From Euprymna scolopes (taxonomy: Eukaryota): a DNA stretch of 64,000 nt. A program made the position numbers and the translations under genes. Shown piece after piece: positions 50,900 to 64,000 of this stretch; within the stretch, counting starts at the first letter, position 1, and every line of letters begins with the position of its first letter. The DNA is taken from NCBI GenBank assembly GCA_053919585.1, contig CM132807.1; one strand, given 5' to 3'. The notes under the pieces are model-generated. The model searched no databases. It saw only the letters and a list, made by a program, of their open reading frames with translations, and was not told the origin of the DNA.

Positions 50900-53760
50900 G
50901 AGTGTCCGGTGGTCAATGATATAGCAGCGTGGTGACCACTAATAGTGTAATTAAGTAGTTTATTATTTTAAAGGATGGTTAAGCAAAAACTTGTTTACAT
51001 TTGACTTGAAGACGACGATATTGTAGTTAGCTGGAAAACAGGTCTGCGGAATAGAGTTCCACAGTCAACATTTCTAGGAAAGAAGCTTTGTTCACGTGTT
51101 TAAATTTAGGCACAGATAGAATGTGGCAGAAATTTTTATAGTGATTGTAGCTAGACGTCTGCATTTTACAAAAGTTTTGCAGAGAGGGGCCATAGATTTA
51201 TTCTTAGACATTCACCTACCATGAAAACATTGAGAGAGCAGAGTCCGGCTTGCAACGTCCGTGGGAAAGAGGATTAAGGGAAAAGATAAGTGTGTCCCCT
51301 ACAAAGTGTCAAAGCCGGTTATAACTTCTGTCAAGGCAGGATAGTGTACTCAAAACGGCATCTCATCGAATGTGGCAACAGTACAAAATTGAAGGATTTA
51401 TTTGGCTCTTGTGTAGGCAGAGGATAGCTTTCTTTAGCAGTAAAATAACACAAGCATATTTTAGTGATCGTGGCAGCAGATCAGTTGTAAGTCTTCCAAT
51501 TAAGGACAGGAGTAAATGTCAGAACCAGAAGCTTGTGGAAGCAGGAAGCTTCTGCAAGACGAGAGCAATTTATATCAAATAGGGTCAAGTGAGTTCAGAC
51601 CATTAATAGAAGCTTTGTTGATGTTAAAATAAACCAGCCCCAATTTGTCCCATTGCACCAAAGTCGAAGAGATCGTATTCGTTGCTGATGTTTGAAGTGT
51701 CGTCTGCGTATATGCCGACTAATGAAGGAATAGTATTTGGGAGATCATTGATGAAGATAACAAAGATAGTTGGGCCCAGAGTGGATCCTTGAGGCACTCA
51801 AATGTTGGTAGTTTGAACTTCGGACTTCTGCTCATCGACGATAATGTGCACAACAAGCCTATCAGAGAGAAACATTTCAATGGATGAGAAGGTATTTCCA
51901 GATATTAAGTATCTGGAAATCTTGTGAGGTAGACCTTTAATCAAAACCCTATCAAATGTATTTGATATGTCGATAGTTATTGCGTTAGAGGGTAAATCTC
52001 CGTAAATAGAATCTACTGAGTTTATGGGAAATTAAATTCAACACATCAGCTGTAGATCTCACATGACAGAAGTCATATTGTTTGTGACTGAGTGTGCTGA
52101 TTCTTACAGAGTTGATTGAGAATCTTCTATTTAACATGGATTCAAGTAACTTCCTAATGGCACACAGAAGGCTAATTGCTCTGTACTAAGAGGCTGAAGA
52201 CCGATCTCAAGTATTTTTAAATACTAGCCGAACTAATAATTTTTTCTAATGTGTTAGTAAGCATTTCTCGTTTAAGAAACGATTGAATAGCTTTGCAAGA
52301 ATCGACGCTTGTTCCGGTTGGAGCTTTTCGTGTACTATGACTGGAATATTGTCAGGATCAGTTTGCCTTGCTGGCATCGAGTTTCTTGACGTGTGTGGAT
52401 AGATATGTGAAAGTAGCTCAGATTATTTTCGGTCTTTGAAGGAAATTATGAAGGAAAGTGGCATTAATATCATAAGGTTAAGTTTGATTCAAAGTTCTGT
52501 GCAAAAAAATAGTTTTTCATATGTTAACGAAATCAGCTCGGGCCCGTTGATGTTAGTCAGGATGGAGAACTCGTATGTATCAGGTCCTTGTTTGTTATTC
52601 TCCAAAACTTTACCTCTATAAGGTCACCATTCGCCCATGTATGGAGTGTTGGTGTCATATTTGGGCTGGTACATATGTCACTAGTCTCTCGCTCCTAGAC
52701 AAGGTTCAAAAGAGAGTCGCTAATCTGATAGGTCCTGAACTGTCATCTAAGCTTCAGCCTCTGTTTCATCGACGAAATGTTGCATCCCTCTGCCTGTTCT
52801 ACAAGTACTTTAACAGATAATGCTCAGACGAACTGCAAGCACTTGTGCCCTCTCGACGTAAATACCCCCGATAAACCTGACAAGCAGCAAAATCCCACCC
52901 CTTCACGGTAGAGATTCCTAGATGTAAGAGAGACTTTTACTCAAGTAGTTTCTTCCCCAGAACCGCTAGACTTTGGAATTCCCTTCTGGGTCCCTGCTTC
53001 CCCAACTGTACTGACATGCAGAAGTTCAACTGTAACGTGAACCGACATCTTGCTGCCCAACTCCCTACACAGTACCCCTGATGCTTATGTACCTGATAGT
53101 AGCCCCCCTACAACAAAGTGGCAATGTGCCTTGTTTGGGGTGAAAATGCAATAAAAAAAACTCATGAGAACCTTCCCTCTGTTCTTCTACGTTTGACTTG
53201 ATGGATTTAAAACATCACTCTTACGTTTCTATTTTCCTTTTGCAGTGATTGCTAGTGGTCCCATGGAGGCTTTATTTTTCCAAATATCTATTGCGTTTAA
53301 AGCAATTGAAGTAGAGGTTTCTATGTGAAATGGCCCGAGCACATGCGAGGGTTTACCATAGCTGGTTGTTCAGTTAGGTGTGTAGATGTCTAGATAAACA
53401 GTTAACCAATCAGTTAAGTCAGATGCTATGTCGCGTGCAGTCTTTTTAAACATGGATCATTGAGGTAATGTCAATATGAATATTTGAAAACCGCCTTAGT
53501 CAGCTATCGGATATCGATAGACTGTTGATGGAGAGAGATATTTTGGGTGTTATTACAATTTGTTTAATCTTACTGCAACCAACGAGTGATCAGAGGATCG
53601 TAGCAGAAATAAAAACTTAGGGTGAACACAATTCAGAGAATGTTATTATAAAAACCTCTAGAAGACTGGCACCTTATCCGTCACAATCGGGTACGAAATG
53701 GGTTCACGAACAATCTTTCTTATGCCATAAGCAAAGAGAAAATCATGAAAAAATCTCGCT
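50900..53760 (-). mobile_element. Degraded CR1-type LINE ORF2 (endonuclease remnant to 3' end), interrupted by a nested CR1 piece
   Basis: VPQGSTLGPTIFVIFINDLP (~51797-51738), IYADDT (~51713-51696), IDISNTFDRV (~51975-51945), AISLLCAIRKLLES (~52180), FFPR and LWNS near 51060-51085; faint endonuclease remnants at 53400-53600. Confidence 0.88.
52590..53160 (+). mobile_element. 5'-truncated CR1-type LINE with 3'UTR and poly(A)
   Basis: LYKVTIRPCMECWCHIWAG...HRRNVASLCLFYKYF (ORF 52575-52820), FFPRTARLWNSL (~52950-52985), AATAAAAAAAA at ~53150-53160. Confidence 0.9.
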
Positions 53761-54772
53761 TCGTCGTCCGTTTTGTTTGGGTGGACTAGTCATTTAACAT
53801 TGTAAACATTGAATTTTCCATGGACGTATATAATGTTGGTTGAAAGATGAGCAGACAGTATGATTAATTTGCTTAGCAATACTCTCAAAGCAACTGTATC
53901 ATTGTGATGGCGGTAGAGAGAAAATATAAATGCCGCGTTGTAAGTGCTATTCTCAGGTGCATGTAGGAACAATTGAGGATAATTGAAATGTCCTTGCAAC
54001 AAGAAAGCTATACTTCATGCAAGAACATATTTTTTTCTGGCTACAGCGATTTGGAGCGCCGCTTTGGGATGTGATATAAAAATAGTCTCTTTTGAAGAAA
54101 TCGCCTAAAGCAGTAGTTTAGTTATACCGCATTTTCATGCTACGATTTTTTGATATTCAAAACTTAAAAGAAGCAATTTCTTATACCTATGTATGAATTC
54201 CAATGCGCGAAAAAAGAGAGAAAAGTGAGAGTAAAGGGAAAGAGACAAAGAGGCCTACATAAACTTGATTTAAGGGCACGATGCTAAAAAGAATTTCGCG
54301 TACCTATCTTATTAGATTGACGGAACATGTGTGTTAAAGTATGTAGGAGGAAGTAGGAATTATAAGAATTTTATTTAGTTTTTGTGGCAGATTTGATATA
54401 CGAAATATAATTATGTTCATAGTGAGTTTTAAAGAAAAACGAAACAATATGTCCTTAAATTAAAAAAAATAATTCCCATAAAAATTCTGCAAAAATTGTC
54501 AATTTAAATGAGATTACATCACATATGAGATATAATATAATTGATACATATTGAATTTCGATAATTAAACATTTACTTTTTATTCTATTTATAATATCAT
54601 CAAAGTACCTGGTAATAATTTTAATTAAAATATTTCGAAGTATGTAGAATATTACCAATGAGAATTGTCATTTATTGTTGTTAGGTATTGTATTTATAGA
54701 TTCAAGAATAAAAATAAAACGTATTTATCTTATTTTAAATTATATGCATATGTATATGCATATATATATGAA

Positions 54773-54822
<50 letters not shown>

Positions 54823-56499
54823 GTGTTTTAATTTAATAATTTAACATAAATATTTACAATGAATAGCGCCAGTTAATACAGAGTATGTTTCTGATGATTC
54901 TGAATGTGTAATTTCTGTTCATGAAACAAATATTTAGAGCAAGTGTAGAAGGTCAAGCTAGCAGTTCCTTTTCCATTCGGCAATAGCATTCATCTAATTA
55001 TCCTTTCTCTCACTAGTTAATACTAGTAAATAGAATTTTCCACTATAAACTTAAAAACTTTTACCATAAAATAAATTGAGTTAATTTTTGTGTGAAATTT
55101 GAAAGTAATATTATTTATTTATTCTTTTTGACAATTTGAAAACGGATTCTCTGATTGCAAAAAAAGAAATTAAAAAAAGCATATTACTATCATATATACG
55201 AAATGTGTTTGAAAACTAGACAAATTTATTTACATTATTATAATATCGCTAATTTACATTTCTTATTCTTCTGCTTGCTGAACGACCTGACATTGATATG
55301 CCGTTCGACCTCCAATGATTCCCCCAGAGGATTGTTCTAGTAAAGGCCCAGTGTTTGTGGACGAATTTGAGGTTTATGATGTGGCGTGATGTTGGCCATC
55401 CACAACTTTTTATATTTCTCGGCGAAACTGACGGTTGCGCAGTGTTACGCGATTGCTCTGGATTCCATTTTGATTCTGAATCTGGACAAACTCTCTATCT
55501 ATAAGTTTTATGGATCGACAAAAATAGGTGGTCCTAAGCATTACGATTTTGGGCAGTAAATATCCTGGAATACGGTGTTGCGATAGGTTAGTTATCATCA
55601 TGACACAGGCATCCATAGCTGCCCATATTGTTGGCTAGTATACGTTTTGCTGTTTTGACGCCAAGCTTTAAGCTAATGAGTTGTTGACGTACGTTTACCT
55701 CAGTTCATAAAAAGGAGTCGTTCTCCTGGGACTCAAGCGACAGTCCTCCATTAAAAGAGATATCTTTAGGAGCACCGTAAGTACGGAACTGTCGTAGACA
55801 GTTTTGGGCATCCGTGTCGTCATTAATACCACTTCGATCTACTCAATATATCGATCATCGTACTTCACGACGTTTATGTCCTGTATATCGACAAAGTCAA
55901 TGAAAACTTGTTGGAATGGAAATTCCAGGTCTGATGATTACATCAAGGGTTTGGACGGAACAATCGTGATTTTGCATTTGCCAGCGTACAATTTACACCT
56001 TACTGTGCGGAATGAAAGGACTCCAATACCTCTGCATGAAGATATCAGATTTCTGTTACCTTCGGAGATAACTCCTTCTAGGCAATATAATTCTTCATGC
56101 GTAGGTTAGCAATCTCGAGCTATGTGTAGTACGTAGTTTTGTGACTGAGGAAAGACATTTTGAATTAAATCTCTTAAGGTTCTACATTCTTCAACTGTGG
56201 CTGCCATGACCAGGATCCTTTCTATGTTCTTGCTTTTTGTACATTGATTTGAAGGCGGTTTTGACTGCTGTGTCAATAATGTAGTTATGGTTTATTGTTG
56301 GAGTTTCTGCTGGATATGGGAATGTACAATCAGGAGCTAAAATAAGTTATCTGGAATTGTGCTTTATTCTAAATCTGTAAATCCGCACTTTTTGTTTGAG
56401 ATTGTTTAGGTGGAGTTTTTCATATTTTTTCAGTTCTGGTTTGAAAATATTTTATTAGTTACAGATGATTAATATTACCTGCAAACTTTTAATGACCAT

Positions 56500-57735
56500 C
56501 ACTGCTACTCATGTCTTATCCACTCTCAAATCTGCAATGGTTCTGAAATAGAAAAGTCCGATATTCCTGTTTTTCTGTAGTCTGTTGCTAGTTTTTTCAC
56601 TCCGTTCCTTTTGACGTATGGATACCATAATCATTTTTTCGCTGTCTCTCTTTTTAAGTTTTGGAATAATCGCCCACATATTTCATCTTAATCGAACTCT
56701 GTTTTTTATTCTCAATATTCTAAGAGAGGAACCACAACTTCTGCGTGTTAAAAGCATACGACACCTGATTCACGAGTTCAACCTAGAGTCTAACCTTGGG
56801 GATATTCGTAATGAAGAATTGCTTCCGTCATGCTTTTTGCGGGTTTGACATCGTTCGCAGTAACCTGACATTTTTCGTACTCAACTTCCATTTCAGCGAA
56901 ATAAAACTTGTCTAGACCAAATACAGTTCCCTTGTTTGCACAGTAAACGATATATTCGATTGAGTGCCAGAACGGTAACTATATTTAGTCGTCCCATCGG
57001 ATACGCATTGAGTTTTATGCATTGAGTTTTACGAGCCATATCAACAGTGATATTATCAAACCAACGGGTGTATTAATTTCCTGATCTATGGAATCCTTGA
57101 GGGTCTCAACTATGCCTATAACAATATCCGATAATGTTGAATACCAAGCAGCAGGTGTGCCTACACATATCAGTTCTATTATTCCTAGTGCGACGTCTCT
57201 GTCTATGCCCTGTTGCTGTTACTCTTTGAATGAACTTTATCTCTAAAGTGTTATCTTCCAGTGTTTGCAGTAGTGTATGTGAACATGTTTTGAATACGGT
57301 TTACTTAAAATATTCCAATAGCTATTGTTTCAGTTCAAGACAGTTGGTTTACGTTGGTTTACGGGAATAGTTTCTGGTTTCATAGACAGTTGTTCCACGC
57401 GGGCATTCACATGGGTCACTTTCTTTTATGTTCCTCAAGGAGCTATTCTGCGATAGTGAGGTCGGGGAAATAAAAGGCATTAAATTCAGCTTCTTCAAGG
57501 CCATTTGTGAAAACATTAAATTCCACGGTGTTTCCTGATACATATTCTGACTTGTTTTGTCTCTTTTATTCCCACTTTTAATCTCAAAAACAAGACGCCT
57601 CTAGTTTAGTTTGTATACGGCTGTCCGTTATGCTCAATATCTGATGAATAGTTGACCCGAGTAACCTCTTCAGATATCCAAAGAGTTTCTGAATCTTGGG
57701 CGAGTGTTACTCTATCCGCATAGACAAGGATGCGA
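56500..57735 (-). mobile_element. Highly degraded non-LTR retrotransposon (possibly RLE-type, R2/NeSL-like)
   Basis: ILVYADRVTL (~57731-57702, YADD-like); RLNIVTV (~56990) and GYCERCQTRKKHDG (~56865-56825) resemble the C-terminal finger/RHD region. The element may extend to ~55350. Confidence 0.4.
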
Positions 57736-58394
57736 TGACTGCGCTGGTTCACCGTTTTTTGTGTTTTTTTTTTGTTATTGTTTGTTTGTTTGCTTTTTCA
57801 GTATATGCATAAATCTTGCGTGGTGTTCAGGCATCATAGTCACTGAAGGGATAGTTGTGGAGCGCTAATCTAAAATTGGTATCCATCCCATTCCCGTTCG
57901 AAAATCATGAAACAGAATAGGATAATCTATTAACAAAATCAAATAAAACAACCAATGAAATCGCTTGTAAAGTCAAAAGACGATTCTAATTTTCGTCAAA
58001 AATGAGGTGTGTGAAAAATAGAAAAACATTAACGAATAAAATGAAATAATCCCAGTCGTTAGTGGCAAATTACTACTATGAAATAATATCCCTGGTGTAT
58101 GGTGAGAATGTGTGAACAGAAAGTCTTGAGGGAATAAGTATTGTGCTACCCTCTGTATATGTGTGTTGTTTGATTGAGTGAATTTTTGTAGGAATATACG
58201 ATACTGGTTAACATGTAAGTGTAATATCCGGAAAATTTGCTATAAATTATTGGAGCTTGTATGAGCATATTGATTGTATATGTATCGTCTGCGTTTTCGA
58301 TGCTATACTGCCCTTTTTGTAGAGAGAGGAAATCATACTTAAGTTCAAAACCTAAGGTAGTGACGATTTACTATATTCGGAAAATTTACTAAAT

Positions 58395-58460
<66 letters not shown>

Positions 58461-59354
58461 TTTTAGAATATTAAAAACGCACAACATTTATGGCTTGATG
58501 GCTTAAATGATTTTGATGCGAAACTATTGGACGAATATGGTTAAATTTGCGCTCATTTTTTGCGAGTCACTATTAACAACTACTTTTCTCTTAATGTGCA
58601 TGGATTGGATAGCATAATACGTGGTTCATACCCAAAATTTTGTATTGAGTTTTGCTATGATAATCATGTAAAAGATCAATGCAAAATTTCAGTACGACAA
58701 TCCTAGTAGTTTCCAAGTAAGTGGGGCAAATAAATAAATATACAAACGAAGAAACTATGTGTGTGTATGTGTGTGTGTATGTGTGGGTGTGCGTGTGAAA
58801 TTACAGAGCATAATTATATCAGTGAGATTCAATGTCCATTAGGAATCAAACAATTTTTTTTCTGGTAAAATTAATCGCATACTTAAACAAATGAAAACTG
58901 TAAAATATCAAAGCGAATATTAAACTAAAGAATCTTTAGGGTTAGTAAAACATTAGAACGTTAACGACGGAAAGGAGGTAATACTACTAGTATCTATAAC
59001 CGAAATGTTTTCCATACTTGAGAATTTTTCTGAGCAATATAAAACATTATTTATCACATAATTCTTTAGATTAGTGCATGTTTTATATTATCAGATATGT
59101 GTGATAATCGGAAACATGTTACACAACGTTGAACTTGGTCAGTACTAAAATGGGTGATCATTTGGGTATTCCAGAAACCGTATGTTCTCTTTGCTTATCT
59201 TGGTATTGTTTCCAGCTTTTCTGTAGTTCTCCTTGCCACTGGACTCAAACAGTGTCAATTCAGGAGAGGTATGGTTGAGGATTGCGCAACCCTTTCCTCA
59301 CAATTTCTCGTGCAACTAACAGGGGGTATCCCTTGTCTTCAGAGAACGGAGGTT

Positions 59355-59404
<50 letters not shown>

Positions 59405-59538
59405 AAGAAAAGATAGAGTAATAGAGAGTGTAGATCATATGCCTCGATAGATTTGAACCAATATAGAGATAGAATGCTAAACGAATATGCGGTAATTATT
59501 GTATGTCAGTTTACGTGTATGTATGTATGTATATATAT

Positions 59539-59584
<46 letters not shown>

Positions 59585-59592
59585 GGACAGAG
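59355..59592. repeat. Compound microsatellites (CA)(TA)(GA) and (TA)(GA)(GACA)
   Basis: Directly visible; further (TA)n runs at ~54740-54820 and ~58395-58455. Confidence 0.9.
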
Positions 59593-62500
59593 AGTTTGAA
59601 TTGCAATAAATTCTATTTTTGCAGCTTATTTTGTGAGATGATTCAATTGAATTCAATTTGGTTTCAGTTCTTAAACTTCATGATTCATCTTCTCCATTTT
59701 TCGTTTTAGTATATAAATTAAACAGTGATTGCCGGAAGAAACGAAGTAACGCTGTGACTGACAACGAATATGAACAGCTATTAAATGCTTCCTTTCGTCC
59801 ATAGTTTCTAATCACGCCTCGAATATCCGCAATCTTTTGAAAGTCACATTCTTTATTAAATAAATAAAAATCGAAATCTTTTCAGATTGTATTTTTGGTG
59901 AGTTCTAAATCTAACCAGCTGAAAGAGAAACCAATTTTGTTTCAAATTGAGAACAATTGTCATGTATTGCGATATTACAATTTGTTCTAACAAAGAACAA
60001 CGCACTGAAAAAAAATACTATCTAGATATATAGGTAAACAAATGTAAAATTAAATAACTTAAAACAGCTTTGCACCACTTTTATGTCCTTTTTGAACATT
60101 GTAATCTTAATGCAATGATACTAAAGCTATATAAAAACTATTATTGAGACTTTGATATTCTAGACAATTCCGAATATTTAAATTTCAAGTTTAGGGGCTC
60201 TTACGCAGCAATAGAAATACAAAAAAAAACTTATTTAACTTTGATTTATTGACAAAGCAACTGAAGTGTAAGAAAACATTTAAGTATTTATTAATCCATG
60301 TTTATTTCATATTGTTATTATTTTAGAAAAATGTTATGTATCTAAATTTTCACGAACGTCTTTCACCCGCTTTATGCTTCTTTTTCATTGAAGTAAATCA
60401 AGCAAATATATTCTTGGTTCTCGCTAAAACCCTTAATGCTCATCAGTTTTTTCAAAAACCCATGATTGATTAAATTATTTATAACTATATAATAAAAATA
60501 TATAAGCACATATTATGCTTTATAGCAACTCATATTTTTAAAAAATGGTATACAACGAATTGTTTTATAATAAGTATTTCACTTAGGCTTTACACCACCC
60601 AATAAAACATAATAACAGTGTTAGAGGTTGATGCGCTGCAACTTACTGATGATATCGATTAGACAAAATACATTAAAAATACACATAGGTGATCATAATT
60701 TGCCCGAACCTTGCACGAACGTGCACATGCATGTGTCTCATTAATCCATCGCCCGTTTTATAAGAAAGATAAAAAAACGTGGCTCTCTGCCTGCATTGAT
60801 GGTTGAATTTTATTTGAATGTATTGTTCAATGGCTGGTTACATTATAAGTTGGCTTCGAAATAAAAAGACGCCACTCAGTCCAATTATTTCAAGCATCGT
60901 TCGTTGATAAAGTCAAGTTTTAAAAGCCTTGACTTATTTCTTGCATACATAAGGTGATTTAGAACTTGAAATTGAAATTTTCAGCAGTTTTATTCAGTTA
61001 AAAAATATATAAGCGTAAATGTTTTCGATAATATTAAACGTTAACTGAAGGCGCATATATTTCACATGAAACTTATTACAAACAATGAATAATAGAAACT
61101 TTTCGTATTTTCTACTTAATCGATAATCTGGGTTGCATTTTTTTTCATTTTACGTGAATTTGCTTGGTAGGAAAGCAGCGTAAATAAAGCAAGCCATAAA
61201 ATTGATATACCGATTGACAGGGAATCGGAGTGAAATGGCAAAACGACATATCGGAACTACTTGCAGACGACCGAGTCTGATAAGAATGAGAGAAAGAACA
61301 TATTGACTATCTATTAAGGACTCTCTAGTCGTGAAGTTGAAATACTTTATCCGAATTTTTATCGACGAGAAAACTTAGTAACGAGAAGCAAAGGAAGCGG
61401 CAGAGGCACATGGAACAGAATATAGACTTTCTATTTATTCTTGCTGTATGTCGATAATGCCTTGTCCCGAGTCAGAATCGTTGTGAGAAACCGGCGTAGT
61501 CGCTTTTTACCTGACTAGGAAGCATATTCTACTCAATTACTTTCGACATCTTTTAAAACATCTAAAACAGAAAGGTGAAACGTTTCATCCTTTATTTTTA
61601 CAACATTTTCTCTTTTATTATTATTAGCCGATCTTTTAAAAAATTTTTATTAATAAATGTTTATTTCTACGGTTTGCCGTTAATGTCGGGTTTGGAGGGT
61701 TGTCAATTGCTACTATATGCGTGCGATAACTATGGAAAGTACTTGTCAGTAGTAGTGCCCATAGGTAAAACGAGAAATAAAGGCGACAATATGCGAACAA
61801 AGTAAAAACAGCACAAATTTACCTTTATTCATAGTGTGAAATGCACCAAGAACCGACAGAACCAAAAAGGGCAACGGCTACACAAAAGACAATGCCATGT
61901 AACAGGAACGATGGATGAAGAAGATAAAAAGAAATAAATTTAAATCCGCGGAATTTTTATGTCTGATTTCTCCTATCTGCTGACAGTTACAAAGAAACAC
62001 TGAGTCCATATCATCATTTCACAAACGGAGAAGTTAGTGTTTGAAACTTACGTAATATACATACAATTACACACANNNNNNNNNNNNNNNNNNNNNNNNN
62101 NNNNNNNNNNNNNNNNNNNNNNNNNNNNNNNNNNNNNNNNNNNNNNNNNNNNNNNNNNNNNNNNNNNNNNNNNNNNNNNNNNNNNNNNNNNNNNNNNNNN
62201 NNNNNNNNNNNNNNNNNNNNNNNNNNNNNNNNNNNNNNNNNNNNNNNNNNNNNNNNNNNNNNNNNNNNNNNNNNNNNNNNNNNNNNNNNNNNNNNNNNNN
62301 NNNNNNNNNNNNNNNNNNNNNNNNNNNNNNNNNNNNNNNNNNNNNNNNNNNNNNNNNNNNNNNNNNNNNNNNNNNNNNNNNNNNNNNNNNNNNNNNNNNN
62401 NNNNNNNNNNNNNNNNNNNNNNNNNNNNNNNNNNNNNNNNNNNNNNNNNNNNNNNNNNNNNNNNNNNNNNNNNNNNNNNNAATAGAAATTCCATAAAGCA

Positions 62501-62664
62501 TATTACTTTAATAAAACGTCCCTCCTCAGCACATCTCCTGATGAGTTTAGTCGAAACCGGGCAGCTGACTGTTTTTCTATATCTTGTATTCATTTTTATT
62601 AAACTTCGAACTCTTGATAAAAACTAACCTTACCTTGAATTAAGCTGGAATAACGATTTTAAGT

Positions 62665-62940
62665 TCTTTTTTTACAAGGAAGTCACCACTTATCAAGGCT
62701 AGGGGGCCACTCGAGGATAAGAGTTATTGCATGTACAGTAATCAATGGGATAATATCGTAGTAATCGTTAGTAATGGAGATCTGATAAAGTGTCTTACTT
62801 AAGGGGGTGGTTCATCAGGAACTTGTTCATGTTAGACTTGAAGATATCCAAGTTGTAGTCAGATGGGAAACAGGCAAATGGAAGAGAGTTCCACATGTGT
62901 GCACCTCTAAGAAAGAAGCTTTGTTCATGGAATCTACTTA
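62665..62940 (-). mobile_element. CR1-type LINE 3' end, same subfamily as 7346-7765
   Basis: SFFLRGAHMWNSLPFACFPSDYNLDIFKSNMNKFLMNHPLK* (ORF 62795-63040) plus a matching 3'UTR and A-rich tail. Confidence 0.85.
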
Positions 62941-64000
62941 TTAAAGTAATTCTTATAAATATTGCATTTTCAATGTGTTGTAATGTGTAGTTGTTTATGA
63001 GCATTATATTTTTATCATATACGGAATGCCATAGATTCACGTTCTCGGTTCGTAAGTCATGAAACTTTCATCATTTTGCAAATTTAACTAGTTATACGGA
63101 AACTGTTAACCGTGACGGGATCGTCTAACGCAAGTGTGAAAATTAGAATATCAGATTTTGTTTCTGGTTCTCCCGAGACACTAACGGACACTGCTGCGTC
63201 AAGGGAGTCAAAACACAAATTTCAAAAGGCTGGGGGGGGAGATTCAGCTAATCAAATATGAAGTTCTGAAAGTTCTTGCAAGATATTCTCATCAAGTAAC
63301 ATATAACAATTCTCACAAGTTTCACATTATTCGTAATTCCTGATTCAGCAAAAATAAGTGATTCAGTAATTGATTCAAACAAAAGTGACTTTTAAAGAAT
63401 ATGCTTAATTTACAAGGAGGAGTTTTGGTATCGCTAGTTACGCAAATGCTAAAATCCTCACGTTAAAACATTTCTAAAGTCCACACAATATTGATTATTA
63501 AAACGACAAGAACCTGTTCATGTTCACATATGTTAATTAATTCATAAATTTACTTAATTACCTATAAAAATATGTGGTTAGTCTTCTATTTTTATATCAA
63601 TACTAACTATCCTATATTTTACCTAATAATAAATTACTAGTCACATATCCATATCATTATTTTAAATAAATACAAAGGAAATTTTTGATGAAGTTTTATT
63701 CATGAAATGACTAGACTGTTCGTAAGTTTTGAAATGTTATTCCCCTTAACTAAACAGTTGTGTATTATATTATGACCTCTTACTAAGATTAAAATCAATA
63801 TAGCGGTGTACTAAAAATTATGTTCGGAAGCATTTTATGTGTTGCTTAGTGAAATCTTTGACAAAGTTTTTATTATTAATATTATTAATATTATTATTAG
63901 TAGTAGTAGTAGTAGTAGTATGATTTTATTATTTTTATAACTTAGTTTGTTTGTTTTTTCTTATAAATGTTATAATTAGAATGGTCTTGTGATTCTTTCC

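Noticed and set aside
61300-61500. RT-like fragment (LLYVDNA)
   Set aside because: A single weak motif; insufficient to call.

Overview
AT-rich eukaryotic (probably invertebrate metazoan) DNA dominated by decayed transposable elements, microsatellites and five N blocks. I could not identify any intact host protein-coding gene, rRNA, true tRNA or CRISPR array. Recognisable elements: two Ty3/Gypsy-type gag-pro(-RT) remnants with LTRs (1-1889, 8212-10040), a Tx1/L1-type RT remnant, a BEL/Pao pol remnant with a minisatellite grown from its own coding sequence, an IR/DR-type Tc1 (DD34E-type) element plus a solo end of the same family, R4/Dong-like non-LTR fragments, many CR1-type LINE pieces, and SINE and Helentron-like fragments. 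The main structural features are a 20-copy 48-bp minisatellite with 5-unit higher-order periodicity and a near-identical ~7.26-kb head-to-tail duplication (29164-36436 / 36437-43690) that starts inside it. A CpG-rich patch at ~46.9-47.2 kb, with a near-palindromic double YY1-type site and splice donors on both strands, is the best candidate for a host promoter. I see no convincing new multi-gene system. The most unusual items are the LTRs carrying a captured CR1 3' end, the two TE-derived minisatellites, the tandem duplication and the candidate bidirectional promoter. All motif calls come from manual reading and translation; no searches were run.
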